DNA from: Perkinsus olseni
Lineage: Eukaryota
Direction: 5' to 3'
DNA: 39,398 nucleotides
NCBI GenBank assembly: GCA_013115125.1
Contig: JABANN010000324.1
Location: forward strand, 1 to 39,398
Below are positions 1 through 12,700 of this stretch, in pieces; position 1 is the first letter of the stretch, and the number at the start of each line of letters is the position of its first letter. A program made the position numbers and the translations under genes. The notes beneath the pieces were generated by a model. The model did no database searches. It was not told the DNA's origin and worked only from the letters and a program-made list of their open reading frames with translations.

Positions 1-249
1 ATCGATCGACAGTAACCAAACACCCTACTAACCGGCTAGTGCCACATATCGTATTACTAAGTTAGCTGGTATATAAAAGGAGCTGGAGTCGAGTTGGCTT
101 ATCTAGTTATAGCAGAGAGATATCGATTTTGGTACAGCCTTTCGGCGCACAAGAAGAAACTTGTGTGCGCCAGAGAGTTCAAGAAAGTCGTGGTAGTTCA
201 ATGAACTTCAACGCTAGAGCTAGCCAGGGGCTAGCAATAGGTACAACCA

Positions 250-560
250 TGAAGCTACGGTTCTGATGATGGCGGATGCGAGCTCGACCCAGCCGTTCGC
301 TCCCTGGATGTGGAGGTGGGATACGAGACTCTCGTAATAACGAGAGAGTCTCTCGGAGTGACTGCTGACTGAGTCAGCAGCTGAGTGGTCGAGTCAGCCT
401 GACTCGACCCGGAGTCCGGGTCCCGGACCGGGATGGAGTCGGGCGGCTCTCCTGTCCTACTGAACCGCGGTGGCTTCCAACAACTAGTTGGCAGCAAACA
501 CGGGCTACTGCCTGGTTGCTGGCTCTGACACTGATGAAGGTCGAACAGGTGAGAGCAGAG
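250..560 (-). pseudogene. Decayed coding fragment of unknown family, copy 1
   Basis: Homologous to 2880-3160 with peptide-level conservation: HLHIQGANGWVELASAII vs YLHIHGMEGWAELASTVI, and SNQAVARVCCQLVVGSHRG vs INKAVARACFAVGGHYRG. Confidence 0.45.
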
Positions 561-1214
561 CCACTCACGGTTCACACTCCCAACCTCTGCATCATGGTAA
601 TTTCGCCGGGGCGGTATGCGGATGCCAAGGGATGATTCAGATTTTTACCTCAGAGAAAAATTCACAGGGTGATTGATGGTCGTTGATGCAATGCATCTAT
701 GCCATAGACTTCTTACTTCTGAGTGGAAGAGCAAAATTATTGGCGCCCGACTTCGAATCCCAAGTTCAACTTGGCAAGTTGAGATTTCCAACAGTGATTC
801 AGAAGTTAGGCAACGATTATATGCTGGATTCTACCTCTAATATTCTCTGTTAAACGCAGAATATTAGAGGCAGATTCTGCCTGGCAGATTCAGAAGTTCA
901 GATTCTGATTCAGAATCTGTTTCCGGCACGCAAGAAAGTTTCCGCTCGCCAAAAGATTGTGACAAGATGGCCGAATTAACTACGTAGAGAGAAACTTGGC
1001 ATACCTATTTTTGTAACACCCCTCTACGTGCCCTTGAAAAGTCGGCATCAAACACTGATTAGTACACGAGATTTCTGCTAACGAGAAATTCAACATCGAA
1101 ATGGGATAAGAAATAGTTAGACACCCTTCATTCTACCAGTGGCCGTCATGGAAAGCGATGATAATCCCAGGAATTCAATCCCTGGAGCAGAGAGGCAGCA
1201 GGATGGACCGAAAA

Positions 1215-3614
1215 TCAGTGAGCGAACCTCGAACAGTTCGAACCCGAACTAGCAGGAAAGCCTTTGGGTGTCCTAAATGATGAAGAGTCGTCCCGATCCC
1301 ACGCTTTCAGTTGTATTTCGGCACTCTCAATGCTCTTCGCTCCGACGTAGACTGACAGCATCGTGCTGATGGGATGCTCCTAGGAGGGCATCTCCGTCCA
1401 GTTGCCCAAAACCAACTGACATAACTCGATGGCATCAAGGTGATGAGCTGCCATATGGCACAAGACAATATTAATATACGGCATAGACAATATCCCCATC
1501 ACCGTATGCCTGCAATGCAAAAAGTGAGGTGACAAGTTGCGGGTGTATCACATACTTCGACGGTGCCTTTGCAGTCAATACGCGAACCAAACTCGACGGA
1601 AAACCAGTAGCAGGCTGTTAACTTTTTGATATCACCATTGCTCACATCTGAGATCAACAAGAGCTACCCATGGAGTACATGGACTCGTGACTTACGAGTC
1701 GGGAGATGAAGCCAAAAATCAGTAGCCTATACACTGTATAGCACTACAGAGAATATCAGATTTTCAATACTCACGCATGCACTCCCCAACGCTCTGATAA
1801 CACAACTTCGAAGCAGGGGTTGAAGTACCAGCAGGGCAACGACGGTAGAATTGCCAATGGTCACTGACCAGCTACATTCCGCCAAACGGCTTCACTATCC
1901 GGGCTCTTTCAGTAGCAAACAGGAGAGTCAACCGGCTGGCGTTCGAGTTACTCGAACTGTATACCAATGGCATCATACCATATAGCGGACTCTCCTCACA
2001 TACTTCAGCTTCCAAGAGAAGCGAAGGCGTCCAGTTGTTGCAGCGAGGGGTATCAATACAGCCACAGAATCTCTCGTGCCGCACTTTTGCGATGCAAGAC
2101 TTGCGTCACAGAACATAACGGCACAATGGCCCTCGACGATAACACTGCGTAAGATAAGAATATGCACGGAGTGATAGATACCGAAGCCGTAAGCTCTGGT
2201 CAATTCGGTGAGTGCCTCCCACTCTCCCCACTGAGAAGAGGGCAGGGATTATCGTTAGGTAGGGGTAGAAGCACCAGGGAGTCCATCCTTCGAATGGATT
2301 AAAGATGCCTTCCATGGAAAATCTGCTCGGTGTCTCGAAGACACTGTCTCCTGAGTTATCGTGTCACGATAATCGTGAACAAACTCCCATCGTCATCACC
2401 GTGCCATTTGTGACCAGCTTTGATGTGACCACCAGAATCTTGATTTCTCGAACTTCGAGTCTCGAAACCAGTCGCAGTCTACGTCAGACAACTGAGCATC
2501 GTTCGGGTATGTGTATTGTCGGGCCCTACCAGGGTATTCCCTTGATGAGAGCACACACTGAGGACGAGCCTCTCGTTACGAGAGGCTTTGGCCCTTATCC
2601 TCACCGAGCGAGGAGTGTGAGACGCCTGAAACAACCGACCGATCCGAATCCGATGATTCTTCCTTGGAGGAAGTCTCGCAGTCGTACACGTTAGCGATGT
2701 CCCTTTGCACTGGAGTACAGGAGGTTGCCCAGATCAGTTTCGTCCGTATGCCAGCAATGATCAGTAAGCATACTATGCTGAGCATAGTATGAATTGAGAA
2801 TCTCAATCAAGTCTTACTCATATGTCGCGTGGATCTCCATATCAAATATGGCATATTCCCGTAACAGCTAGGAAACCGAACGGCTGTAATGACGGTGGAC
2901 GCGAGCTCGGCCCAGCCTTCCATTCCGTGTATGTGTAGGTAGTACACTCAAGAGTCTTGAGTCAAAACTGCTGACTTGACCCAGACCGGATAGGGAGTCG
3001 GGCGGTCCCCTCGCGTCCTACGGAAGGGCAGTGGGACTCTGACCTGACGGAGTCCACGGTGGTGCCACCACGGTAGTGGCCACCAACTGCGAAGCAAGCA
3101 CGAGCCACTGCTTTGTTGATGATGCTGACTGTCAGCAGCGGACACGGATGAGGGTCGAGCCATTAAAGTGTCGAGTTGACTCCACTCACTTGGATGATCC
3201 AAGTCTTGGATCAACGAGTCTCGAATCATCAAGTGAAATCACGGCATTGTTGTGTTGAATCAATACGTCGATGTCGTGATTTCTACACTGTTGATCATGA
3301 CATCCTTGGTGGGGCATATCGCAAATTCATACCACCCCATCCTCAAAAAATTTCACCTCTTGCTGATGTGAGATAAATTAATCCCTCTTCGACCGGATAT
3401 ATTCAAAGCCTCGATCAAAGGCCTCGAGTTATCATGAAGGGTGAATGCGACCCCTGAGAAAGAACTCCGCTTCGCTAGGAAGAAACTTTTCGCTTGACCT
3501 TTCGCCGGGGTCGTCAACGCCTTCTTGTGCTCCTCTCCTTAACGCCATGGACACCAAGAACCTCCTCGGATCAAAACTACCAATGCCGAGACATGTCGCG
3601 CGCTACGAGATCAT
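1215..3614 (-). pseudogene. Degenerate, internally rearranged copy of the PAH gene
   Basis: 3355-3614 matches PAH exons 1-2 and intron 1, but reads ATG ATC TCG TAG (stop at codon 4) and has a later frameshift. About 1215-1650 matches exons 11-13 and their introns ([40 protein letters not shown]) with indels. Exons 3-10 are absent and replaced by unrelated sequence. Confidence 0.85.
2880..3160 (-). pseudogene. Decayed coding fragment of unknown family, copy 2, nested in the PAH pseudogene
   Basis: Nucleotide and peptide similarity to 250-560. It is followed downstream (toward ~1780) by further broken, hydrophobic reading frames. Confidence 0.45.
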
Positions 3615-3917
3615 TAGTTCGGAGAGGAAGGCCTGCGGGCTACAGGTGAGAAGGATTTTCAGGACCGTGCAGTTCAAGAAGGAGTTTCTATGAAACACCG
3701 CTCGGACAGCAAGCCTGGGATCGACTGAGTCGATCGTTTCCGCCGGAGACTGCCCGAGCCGCCTTCCCTCGAAGTCGGTCCCAAGTCAACCGTGATGTTG
3801 CAGCCGACAGCCTCCTGAGGAACTCCTGCAACTTGCGGGAGTAACTCCCGCCGAGTTCCTCTCCCCCGGCTGCCTAATTAGCGATACGAGCCCTCTCTTG
3901 CCACTGTCGAGCGGCAG

Positions 3918-4221
3918 CAGGGTGGCCCAAAAGTGGGAAGAATGGATCATTCTTCCCATTCCCGGGAATTTCCGGGAATTCCCGGGAATATAGCCGGGAA
4001 GAAAGAATGCATTCTTCCCCATTGAAACAAGCCCCCCAAATTTTTTCGCATACCCGCCCGTACTCGATCCTCCCTCAAGTCAAACCATTGGAATGAAGCA
4101 CCTAAATACCCGGGAAGAATCTCAAACATTCTTCCTGGGAATATTGAGCAATCTTTCTTCCCGGGAATTTCCGGAATTCCCGGTAAGAAAGAATAGCATT
4201 CTTCCCCGCTGGGCCACCCTG
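3918..4221. mobile_element. Non-autonomous hAT-superfamily MITE, 304 bp
   Basis: Perfect 12-bp terminal inverted repeat CAGGGTGGCCCA (3918-3929) / TGGGCCACCCTG (4210-4221). Perfect 8-bp flanking direct repeat AGCGGCAG (3910-3917, 4222-4229). Subterminal palindromic TTCCCGGGAA arrays; no ORF. An 8-bp TSD with CAGGG ends is typical of hAT elements. Confidence 0.9.
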
Positions 4222-4925
4222 AGCGGCAGCGAGAATTCTCGGTGCCTTCGTACTGCAGATCAGTTTTATGACGCATTCTATATTTTCTTTTAGTGCCGCA
4301 TCTATTTCATGACAAAAACCGAACCGGGTGACCAAAAGACTTGTTCTAAGTTCAAAAATGCGCTCCCAGGATTGCCCTTAAAATGGTAGATTTAATCCTG
4401 AGACCCTCTAGGAATTTGAGGTCTATTGAGCACCCCCAAGGTTACAAGATCTCTCACGTTCCCCCGATATTCTTCGTAGGAGTGCCTGAATTGCCACGAA
4501 ACTCAACTCGAACAATCACATGAAAAGCATCCTTGATGACGGATCATAATAGAGAGTACGATTCCAAGTCATGACCAACAACCTCGGCACACTGCCGGCG
4601 TACTACAAGTGACGCTCGACGGAGAATACTCCAACAGCTCAACACTTAATAACAACATTCTTGGAGTATAAAAGCCATACCGCTGCTGTCGTTGTCGAGG
4701 ATGATGGCTCTGGCTAGATGCACTTCACAGAGGCTCTCGAGATGAGAGGTCCACCGGCCTGTACCTGATGAGCGACCACCGACCAGAACCTGCTAATACA
4801 GTAAGCTGATGGAAGCTCCATCATGGAACACTGATTCAATGCAAGCCAGCGATCGGGCACATTCACATTGTACTAGTAATCCGCATGGGAAGTGATGATC
4901 TGTGCAGCAGCCGGAGAACGAGGTC

Positions 4926-7900
4926 TCACTTCATCCCAACAGGCCTTGTATACACGTCAACATCCGTGAACACACTCTTCGACTCAGCATCATAAACACA
5001 GTGAAAGGGACGATTCACCCTATCACAGTACCTGAAAGCAACAGGATGGATTGAAACTCAGTCAGCGACGGTCGCTCAGCGACCCTCGAACTAGCAGAGA
5101 AGCCCTGGGGGATCCTAATGCCTAAATCGAGTATTCCCCGGCCCCACGCTTTCATCTGTATCTTGGCATCCTCCATGCTCTTCGCTGCGAAGTAGACAGG
5201 CTGCATCGTGGTGATGGGGTACTCCTGAGAGGACATGTCCACCGAGTTGCCCAATACCAACTAAAATCACTTGATGGGCCGCCTCCTCAGGATCCCACGG
5301 TTTTATCGATATATCGGGGTTAGTCGGGGAGGTAGCGTGGAGTAGCTCACCATAGGACGACAGTACCCCAGCACCGTAGGCCTGCACCGCACCAAATAAC
5401 GCGAGAAGCATCGATTGTATCACACACTTTGACGGCGCCTTTAAAGTCGATAAGCAAACCGAACTCGACGGAGAACCAGTAGCAGGCTGCCAACTTCTTG
5501 ATAACATCATCGCTCGCACCTGGAACGGACAAGGGTATCCAATGGTAAAACGAGCAGGGACATCAGCGTTCATCCAATTTGGATTTCTTTGGACATCACG
5601 AATGCTTTGGAACTTGACTTGCTAACGAGCAATACTTGACGCGTCGGCGAGCATGCTTATAACTAAACTGGTCGTCAACTCAAGAGCTCGACCTTCAGTA
5701 GTCACTAACTACCAGTTAGCTCATGGATTCGTACGCACAACTTAGAGCACTCGCTCGGTAGGTAGACCCGCCTTCTGCCTCAACTTAAGGCCCTCAAGGC
5801 GATTCGTCCTCGGGCTGCGACGAGACGACGGTCAATTAAGTCAACCCAGGCTGGGATTCCCAGCTAATGGTGCCGGCTTTATGGTTGATCGCGCCAAGGT
5901 ACAATCAAAAACAATGATTCACCCGGGAAGTCGTGTAGTGGTGATTGACCCTAATGAACCATCAATAGAAGGTTCCCTGTTCTGCAAAGCTGTAGCTTGC
6001 AGCTTGGAGAGAATATCTTGCGAGGAATTGCTCTTGTTGCTAGGGTCGTTGACTCAACGACTCAATCCTCTCAGAGAGGGTCGTGCCTTCCGCCTCCTCG
6101 AAAAACAACACAAATTTCTACCATGGCATCCTCCGATACTCTGCGGTAGTGATCTCTGTTAGGAAGTACAGGTTAGAAACCAAGTTCCCTGAGCTAAAGC
6201 AAGAGAATAGTTCTCTTGCTAATACATAATTCCTCTCCACAGGTTGGGTAAGGCAGAAGTGGGATATGTCAAGAGAGTAAGTTAATAGATCGTCTTGTGT
6301 CCTCAATCTAGCCTTATCAGCAATTGTTCGTATATCCCTACTACTGCTCCTTGCTGCTAAATATAAGTCATTTACGGATTCAAGAGTAGTACGGAACCAT
6401 GATTGAATTCGGGTGCTAATGAACAATATATAGTATATAGAATATAAAGTTAACAGCGTTCTCGCCCATCACTAGCATGCCGGGTGGATGGCCCTGCACG
6501 CACTGCTCCTAGTGATCGTGGAATTGACATCACGGGCATTGTGGCGGGGTAGAGTCCTTTGTCGGCCCATGACGTTGCTCGCTCGTGTCGTACGCCAGTA
6601 TCGTCAGGAACATGAAAGCGGCAAATTTGCTGGTCGGACGCCTTAATGGCCAAGCGAAATGACAACCGTGAAATTCACGGAGATTCTTCTTATTCAATGA
6701 GATGCCGTATGAGACTTACCCAGACTTGCCAAACCAATATACTGTGTAAAATCAGCGAAGTCGGGATTCAGAAACATCGGTGCATGGCCAAGTAACCTGA
6801 GGCGGACCGTCCATCGCAGAAAGGAGAAGAAGCAGCAGTTGACCCGAGACTGAGATAACGACCCAGTAAAAAGTGGGACTCTCCTTGCCAACTCACTCAT
6901 GTATAACATCCGGCTCTGGAGTGTACATTGGTGCAGAGTGATGCCTGATGTACTGCGTCGAGAAGAATACCTACAATCGACTGAAGACATCCATTCAACG
7001 ACACGCTCTCGCCGCCGAGCCGCATGAGATAGACGGACGTCGAAAGCATGACATCACGAGTCGGAATGGCAGTATGGCAACTGAATGTTGAGGACTGCGG
7101 CCACTCAGAGCGACGAATCGTCAGTCAACTATATAACGATGTACATGCGCAAGTAGCAGATATGTGTAATACGGTATTACTAATACCCATCATTCTCTCA
7201 GCCCTAACAGCTTGCCCTACCCGGAACGCCAAAGCGTTGAGGAAGTCCCGACCACTGAGAAGTCCTGTGACTGGCCGGAATTGGAACCCCGTCCTGGCTG
7301 AGACGAACTCCGACAGCTCGCTCAGTTGAGGTATTCTCCGTGGACCATAGATACCTACCGCGCGCCACGAAATTAAGCGAAGGACCGATATTGCGATGTG
7401 AAATGGGTTTAGGGGGAAAAGATGGCGTTACCAGCATCTGTGAGCTCCTGCAGGGCGTTGTTATGCTCTTTACAGGCATGATTCGGGTACAGCTTAGTAA
7501 GCTTGTCCCAGATACAACCCCAGGTCGAAATCTAATGGGGCATCAGCAGCATACGCATGAACTGTGGGGCCAACTCGACGCGCACAAGACGGGGGAACAT
7601 GGCCGCGAAGAGAGCAAGGAGCGGCGAAGATCCACCTCTTCAGGTGGAGACATTCTCACCTCTTGCTCGGTGTACTCAATTTGAGGTACCGGCCCATCAG
7701 CTCCTCGATACTCTGACGCGATCTTCGCTATTTCCTCACGCCTGAAATCAAGGTGAATTACGAAGGGGTTCCACCCGCTACATGCAGGTAGTGACCATAC
7801 AGACAGTACCAACAACCGAAACAGAACAGCAACAACAATACCGAGAAGTACATATGGCCGATGCTACACTCCACCGACTTGCTAGGCCCGTCGGGTTCAA

Positions 7901-8709
7901 CTTGAACTCCAGTTCGGAGGAGTTGGAATGATGAGTCGGGGACCCCGACACAGCGTTGACCCCTCTCCGATGCTGATCCTCACCTCGCACGATATTCTGG
8001 ATCTGTGAACCCTGGGTGGTCGGATTCTAGCTGATCTCCTGCATCTAGGGTGCTCCTGAGAAGAATCGAGAATGATGAGCTCGTGAAGAACAGTCTCGAC
8101 CTCAAGATACTTATCTTGGCCGATAACAGCGGGGCCTGAACGGCTTACTTGGAGAACTGATCCAAGTCGCTGATATGGCGAGGGAACCAAGGTACGTCCG
8201 GTGCTGCAATTTTGAACCTGAGCGTATCCTGAGGTTGATCCTAGCCTTCTACGGCATCAAAGATATTCACAATTGCCCGTCCAAGGTAAGTCGCCGCAGC
8301 TCTTCCAAGACGTCTCGAGTTTCCTTTGACTCCCAACCGCCACGAAAATGTACATGAAACATCGCCTTGTACGGTTCTAGTGGGGAGCACCTAACCACGA
8401 CGTGCATGCGTGCAAATTCATTCCAATCCATCCGGAAATATTCCACCTGTTGCTGACGTGAGATAAACTAATCCCTCGTCGACTGAATATATTCAAAGCC
8501 TCGACCAATGACCCCGGGTTGTCGTGAAGAGTGAATGCGACCCCTGAGAAGAAAACACCGCTCCGCTAGGAAGAGACCTTTCGCTCACCTATTGCCGGGG
8601 TCGTCAACACCTTCTTGTGCTCCTCCCCTCTCCCCAACGCCACGGACGCCAAGAACCTCCTCGGATTAATACCACCGATCCCGAGACATGTCGCGCGCCG
8701 CGAAATCAT
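4926..8709 (-). CDS. PAH: Phenylalanine-4-hydroxylase (biopterin-dependent aromatic amino acid hydroxylase), 14 exons, 443 aa
   Basis: Hand-spliced exons: 8589-8709, 8447-8543, 8271-8390, 8149-8217, 7984-8055, 7660-7741, 7432-7531, 7221-7354, 6897-6970, 6720-6796, 5428-5519, 5271-5381, 5148-5224, 4926-5031. All introns are GT-AG and phases give 1332 nt in frame. Motifs: ACT domain ([19 protein letters not shown]), [54 protein letters not shown] (two Fe-binding His), CYWFSVEFG (Fe-binding Glu), [15 protein letters not shown] in YWF, L in GLLS and no Asp in PITTMQP favour Phe over Trp/Tyr specificity. Confidence 0.93.
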
Positions 8710-9742
8710 TAGTTCAGAAAAATGAGCTACGCATCCGCGACTCAGATCTACAGTCGGGGATGGTAGAACGAAGATGGGAGGCGAGTTGAGCGTACAACGC
8801 TAGACTCCCCCACCGAGCTCAGAGAACGAGAGAGAACCTAATCGGTCGTTCTTCCGCCTACCCTTAGCCTACGAAAAGCCATGGAGCGTGCAGTGATTAG
8901 GCTACGGAGAGAGCCCCGCCAGTCGGTCCACTCGTCTACTGCGATCGAGAGCCCCGCATCCGAGCCTTCCGGACAGCAGCTAAGCCTGTTGACGTCAGAC
9001 GCTGTACACTGACAACTCCTCATGAGGCTATACAACGACTGGGAAAGTGGTTATGAACCTGACACAGCGTTATCCTTCAACTTTACAGGTCTCGAAAAGC
9101 GCCATCAAACCCATCAACTCTAGAACAAGTCACTCGAGACAGCATCGGCTCGTCGACGTCAAGAGACGAAACGATGGTCTCCACAAAAGACGTCATCGGT
9201 CGTCACTGATCGCGTATGATGACGCCTCCTGTGAAGTCACAGTGGCAAGCCTCGATCCACTTGCCAGGCCTTAAATTTGCCTAAAAGATTTTGAAGGTCT
9301 GGGAAGGGCTCGGTCCTTGGCCCTCAGGAAAATGGTGACGGGAGGGGATGCACACCCTTACAGTAAATACGAGAATATTCCAGCAGCATGTAGCGGGAGG
9401 ACGCTACAAATCGAAGTGTCACCGCTCTACCCAGAGGGTCCGCGTAGAGAAGGATAGCAGATATTCTACCCAAGCCCTCCTGTATCCTCCCCGATCCAAC
9501 CTAAGATACCCCATTAATGACTCAACTCAACTCCGCTCCGCTGAGGCAATTTAACAGAAACTTTCGAACGGCGATGCTTCCCAGCACTGATCGGCCGCTG
9601 GTGAAGTTTACAAGGAAATGCGCCAGCAACGCTTAACCACCGAATCATCTGTCGGCGGAGCGAAGCGTTACATTTTACACCTTTTTCACTAGTAATGGTA
9701 AGATAGCTACTTCATATAGATGGTGCGCCTCGCTGGAAGTAT

Positions 9743-12700
9743 CTATTTACTTCCCGAAACCCGACTCATCTTAGCTTGAGCTTTCAGAGCGAATCCTTGC
9801 AGCTTGTCGATGCACTCATTCAGAGAAGCAAGAGTGTCCTCAATCGTCTTAAACTCACCCTCAAGATACTCTCGTCGAACCTTTTACAAAACCAAGAGAA
9901 GGTTGAACCGTGCATCCGACGAGAAAAAAGATTCCCTCACCTTGTAGGTCTCAGCATCCACATTGGTCATCTGAATGTTACTCATATCATCTTCAAGACG
10001 TCGCATCATCGGCAACTTGAAAAAGGACTCCGCAAACTAACATAAAGTGAAACCGTCACAATCGATCAAATTGAGAATCTTTCAACCCCATATACCACAG
10101 GGATACATCAAAAAACCGCCTTCCCACAAAATCCTATATTCCCGAAAAAAATTCCCAACCCCCCTGCTCACCAGTTCAATCTGATCAGCTATCTGGGAGC
10201 GGATAAAGGAGAATGTCTTCAGCACCAACATCTGCACCTTCTCCACCGCTTCGTCGATCTGTTGGGGCTCCATCGGAATCGAGCTCAGCCAGTGAGACAA
10301 CATAGTCTCTATGCCACTACGCGACTGAACAACAACCAAATTTACATCAGCACTTCTAATAGTCGCTCATGAGGCTAATGGAAGCGTGCGCGCCAACTCT
10401 AGTGAATCTTCAGCCTCCCTCACAAATCTTCCATATCAAGTTCGACCAGTCTTCACGTGCCCGGAAAAGAAGGTGTTGGGGTGGGAGGTAGGCGAGCCCA
10501 ATGAGGCGTGACCCATCCCAAGTCCCCACCGAAGGATAGATCTCTACCCCAATCGTCACTACTACCACAGTACCCAAGCCAATGGTGCTGCTACCAACGA
10601 ATGTCGCCTTCATGTGAGCCTTTTAACTCGGACCAACCCTCATCACCTCAATTTCCATCGGAATCCTCTTCTTAGTGTCTTCAAATGTCGGCAATTGTAT
10701 ATCATCCAACCCGTCATCGGTCGACTCATCATCTCCGCCCCGATTGCTGCTTCTCGAGTCCTCATCATCATCACTCCCATTATCATCTTTGCCGTTGTCA
10801 AGATTATCCAGGCCGGAAGATGCGCGTTTCAAGAACACCCAAGGGTTGGAAAAGGTCGACGCCAGAGTGTTGTCGAAGAGCTCCATGAACTAAACAGCAG
10901 CAAAGATACGCAATCCCGCACGCGAAAGATTCTAACACACTTATTCCTCTGCTACTAAAATAAATAATACTAAAATGACATTCCAGTATAACGAAAATCG
11001 GCCGTCATTTTTATTGTAAAACATCCTCTCTTCCCTCCAAGCTGCCCCTACCTGCTCGAGCTGCCTCTCACAAGCATCATCATATGTCTTGAACACCAGC
11101 TGCTTTATCATTTCGTTTTCCAACATCAACTTTACATGTTTCGTGTAAAGCGACGAAAACATTTGCTCGTCCGCCGAGCCTTTGATACTCAACATGAAAT
11201 TAATCACGGCGTCCTTCTGGAAAATGAAGAACCACTTGATCCTTTCGGCTGAAAAAGAAAGAGAAATCGTTGAGGAATCGCAAGATTGCAAGACGCCGAT
11301 TCATGACTATCCTGACATGCTCATCGTAGAGACTTCAAGGACTACTCATCAGTATATAACAGCTTTCGATCTAGGGCTTTTCACGACTCATAACATGCGT
11401 TGCGGAATAGCAAGATTGCAGGAATGACGAGAATAGCCTCACCAGCATATCGTATCCTTGATTTCATCGGAATCAATGCTTCAGTACATAACAATTTCAC
11501 AACGACATCTCTCCATGTTACCGACCCCATCGATACACCTGAATGACAATGACTGACAATGAATGACATCGAATACTAACGGAGGCACAGATTTTCATCG
11601 GCTAATTTCCTAGGGTAGCACTTTCAGCTGGTACTGGTTTCGCCCTGGTTTCCGAATGTTGCAGCTGTCACAGCATCTTTCCAACCTCTCCGGTATCTTT
11701 CCCAGTTCTTGTAAGCATTGGTAGCTTCCCGATCTCCAGTGCCTTTCCCAAAGTCTAGTGAGAGCACAACCTTTCCATTTTTCCTAGTTTTAGTTAGAAT
11801 GGCATATTTTACAGTCTGCCCGTATCATCTCCAGCTTTAGTAAGTTTGAGCTTTCAAACTCCATGAGTGCCTCTCTCCCAGCTCAAGCTAATACGGTATC
11901 TTTCTAACCTCTTTCGTATCTTTACTACCTCGAGCTTGGATAACATCCTTCTTTTTCGTCTCCACGCCAATTTCAGAAAATCTCAAAAACACTTCAACTT
12001 CGTACATCAGCCTTCGGAATTGCGCACCACCATTGATCTCAACGTCGAAAGCCGGCACCTAGCGGGAAGAGGAACCTTGTAATCTTGAACCAACTTGCAT
12101 TCCCTCAAATACCTTTATGTCGTTCCTCAAGTAATCAATGTAGTCATCTAAACAGGCAAAATCTTCGCTTGGCAGCATCATGAAGTCAGCGCCTTGTCCC
12201 TGAGCGCATCCAAGGTTGATGCACACACAAAACAAAGTCCAAAGATACCCTCAAAATAACCTACTACCTCTTCATACGCAGCAAACGCCCTCAACTCATC
12301 CTCGAGGGTCAACCGTCCCGCATCAGAGCGAACGAAACTAATAACAAGAAACATAACAGAACAAGGCGATCGATCTACTCCCGACGATCGTCCACCAACC
12401 GGCAGAAAGTGATACCGGGGTTATACTGATCGCGCCGAGGATCGAGACAGATCAGCATGAGACGCCCATCCTGCACGAGTCAACGTCCAACTCTAGATCG
12501 GACAAACGATGGTATGATAAAAGAGATAGATAACAGATCGGATGCTGCACTACGGTAAATGAAACCTTCCATAGACCTCCGCACAACAAGGGTGATATCT
12601 CATGACATAGCCATACTCGAGAAAGATACAAACAAAAAGATACTCCCACAGCTATCAAATGGCAATAACAACTATCAATAACCCCCCTCACACAGCTTCC

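Noticed and set aside
243-260. ACCGTAGC on the minus strand as a relic spliced leader
   Set aside because: Only 8 nt match and the rest diverges. I saw no full leader relic upstream of the intronless genes either.
741-762. TGGCGCCCGA resembling a tRNA-Lys primer-binding site
   Set aside because: It is only 10 nt, with no upstream LTR ending in CA and no downstream gag/pol.
8271-8277. Apparent non-canonical GC donor in PAH intron 3
   Set aside because: A canonical GT donor 6 nt downstream (TT|gtgaat) keeps the same phase.
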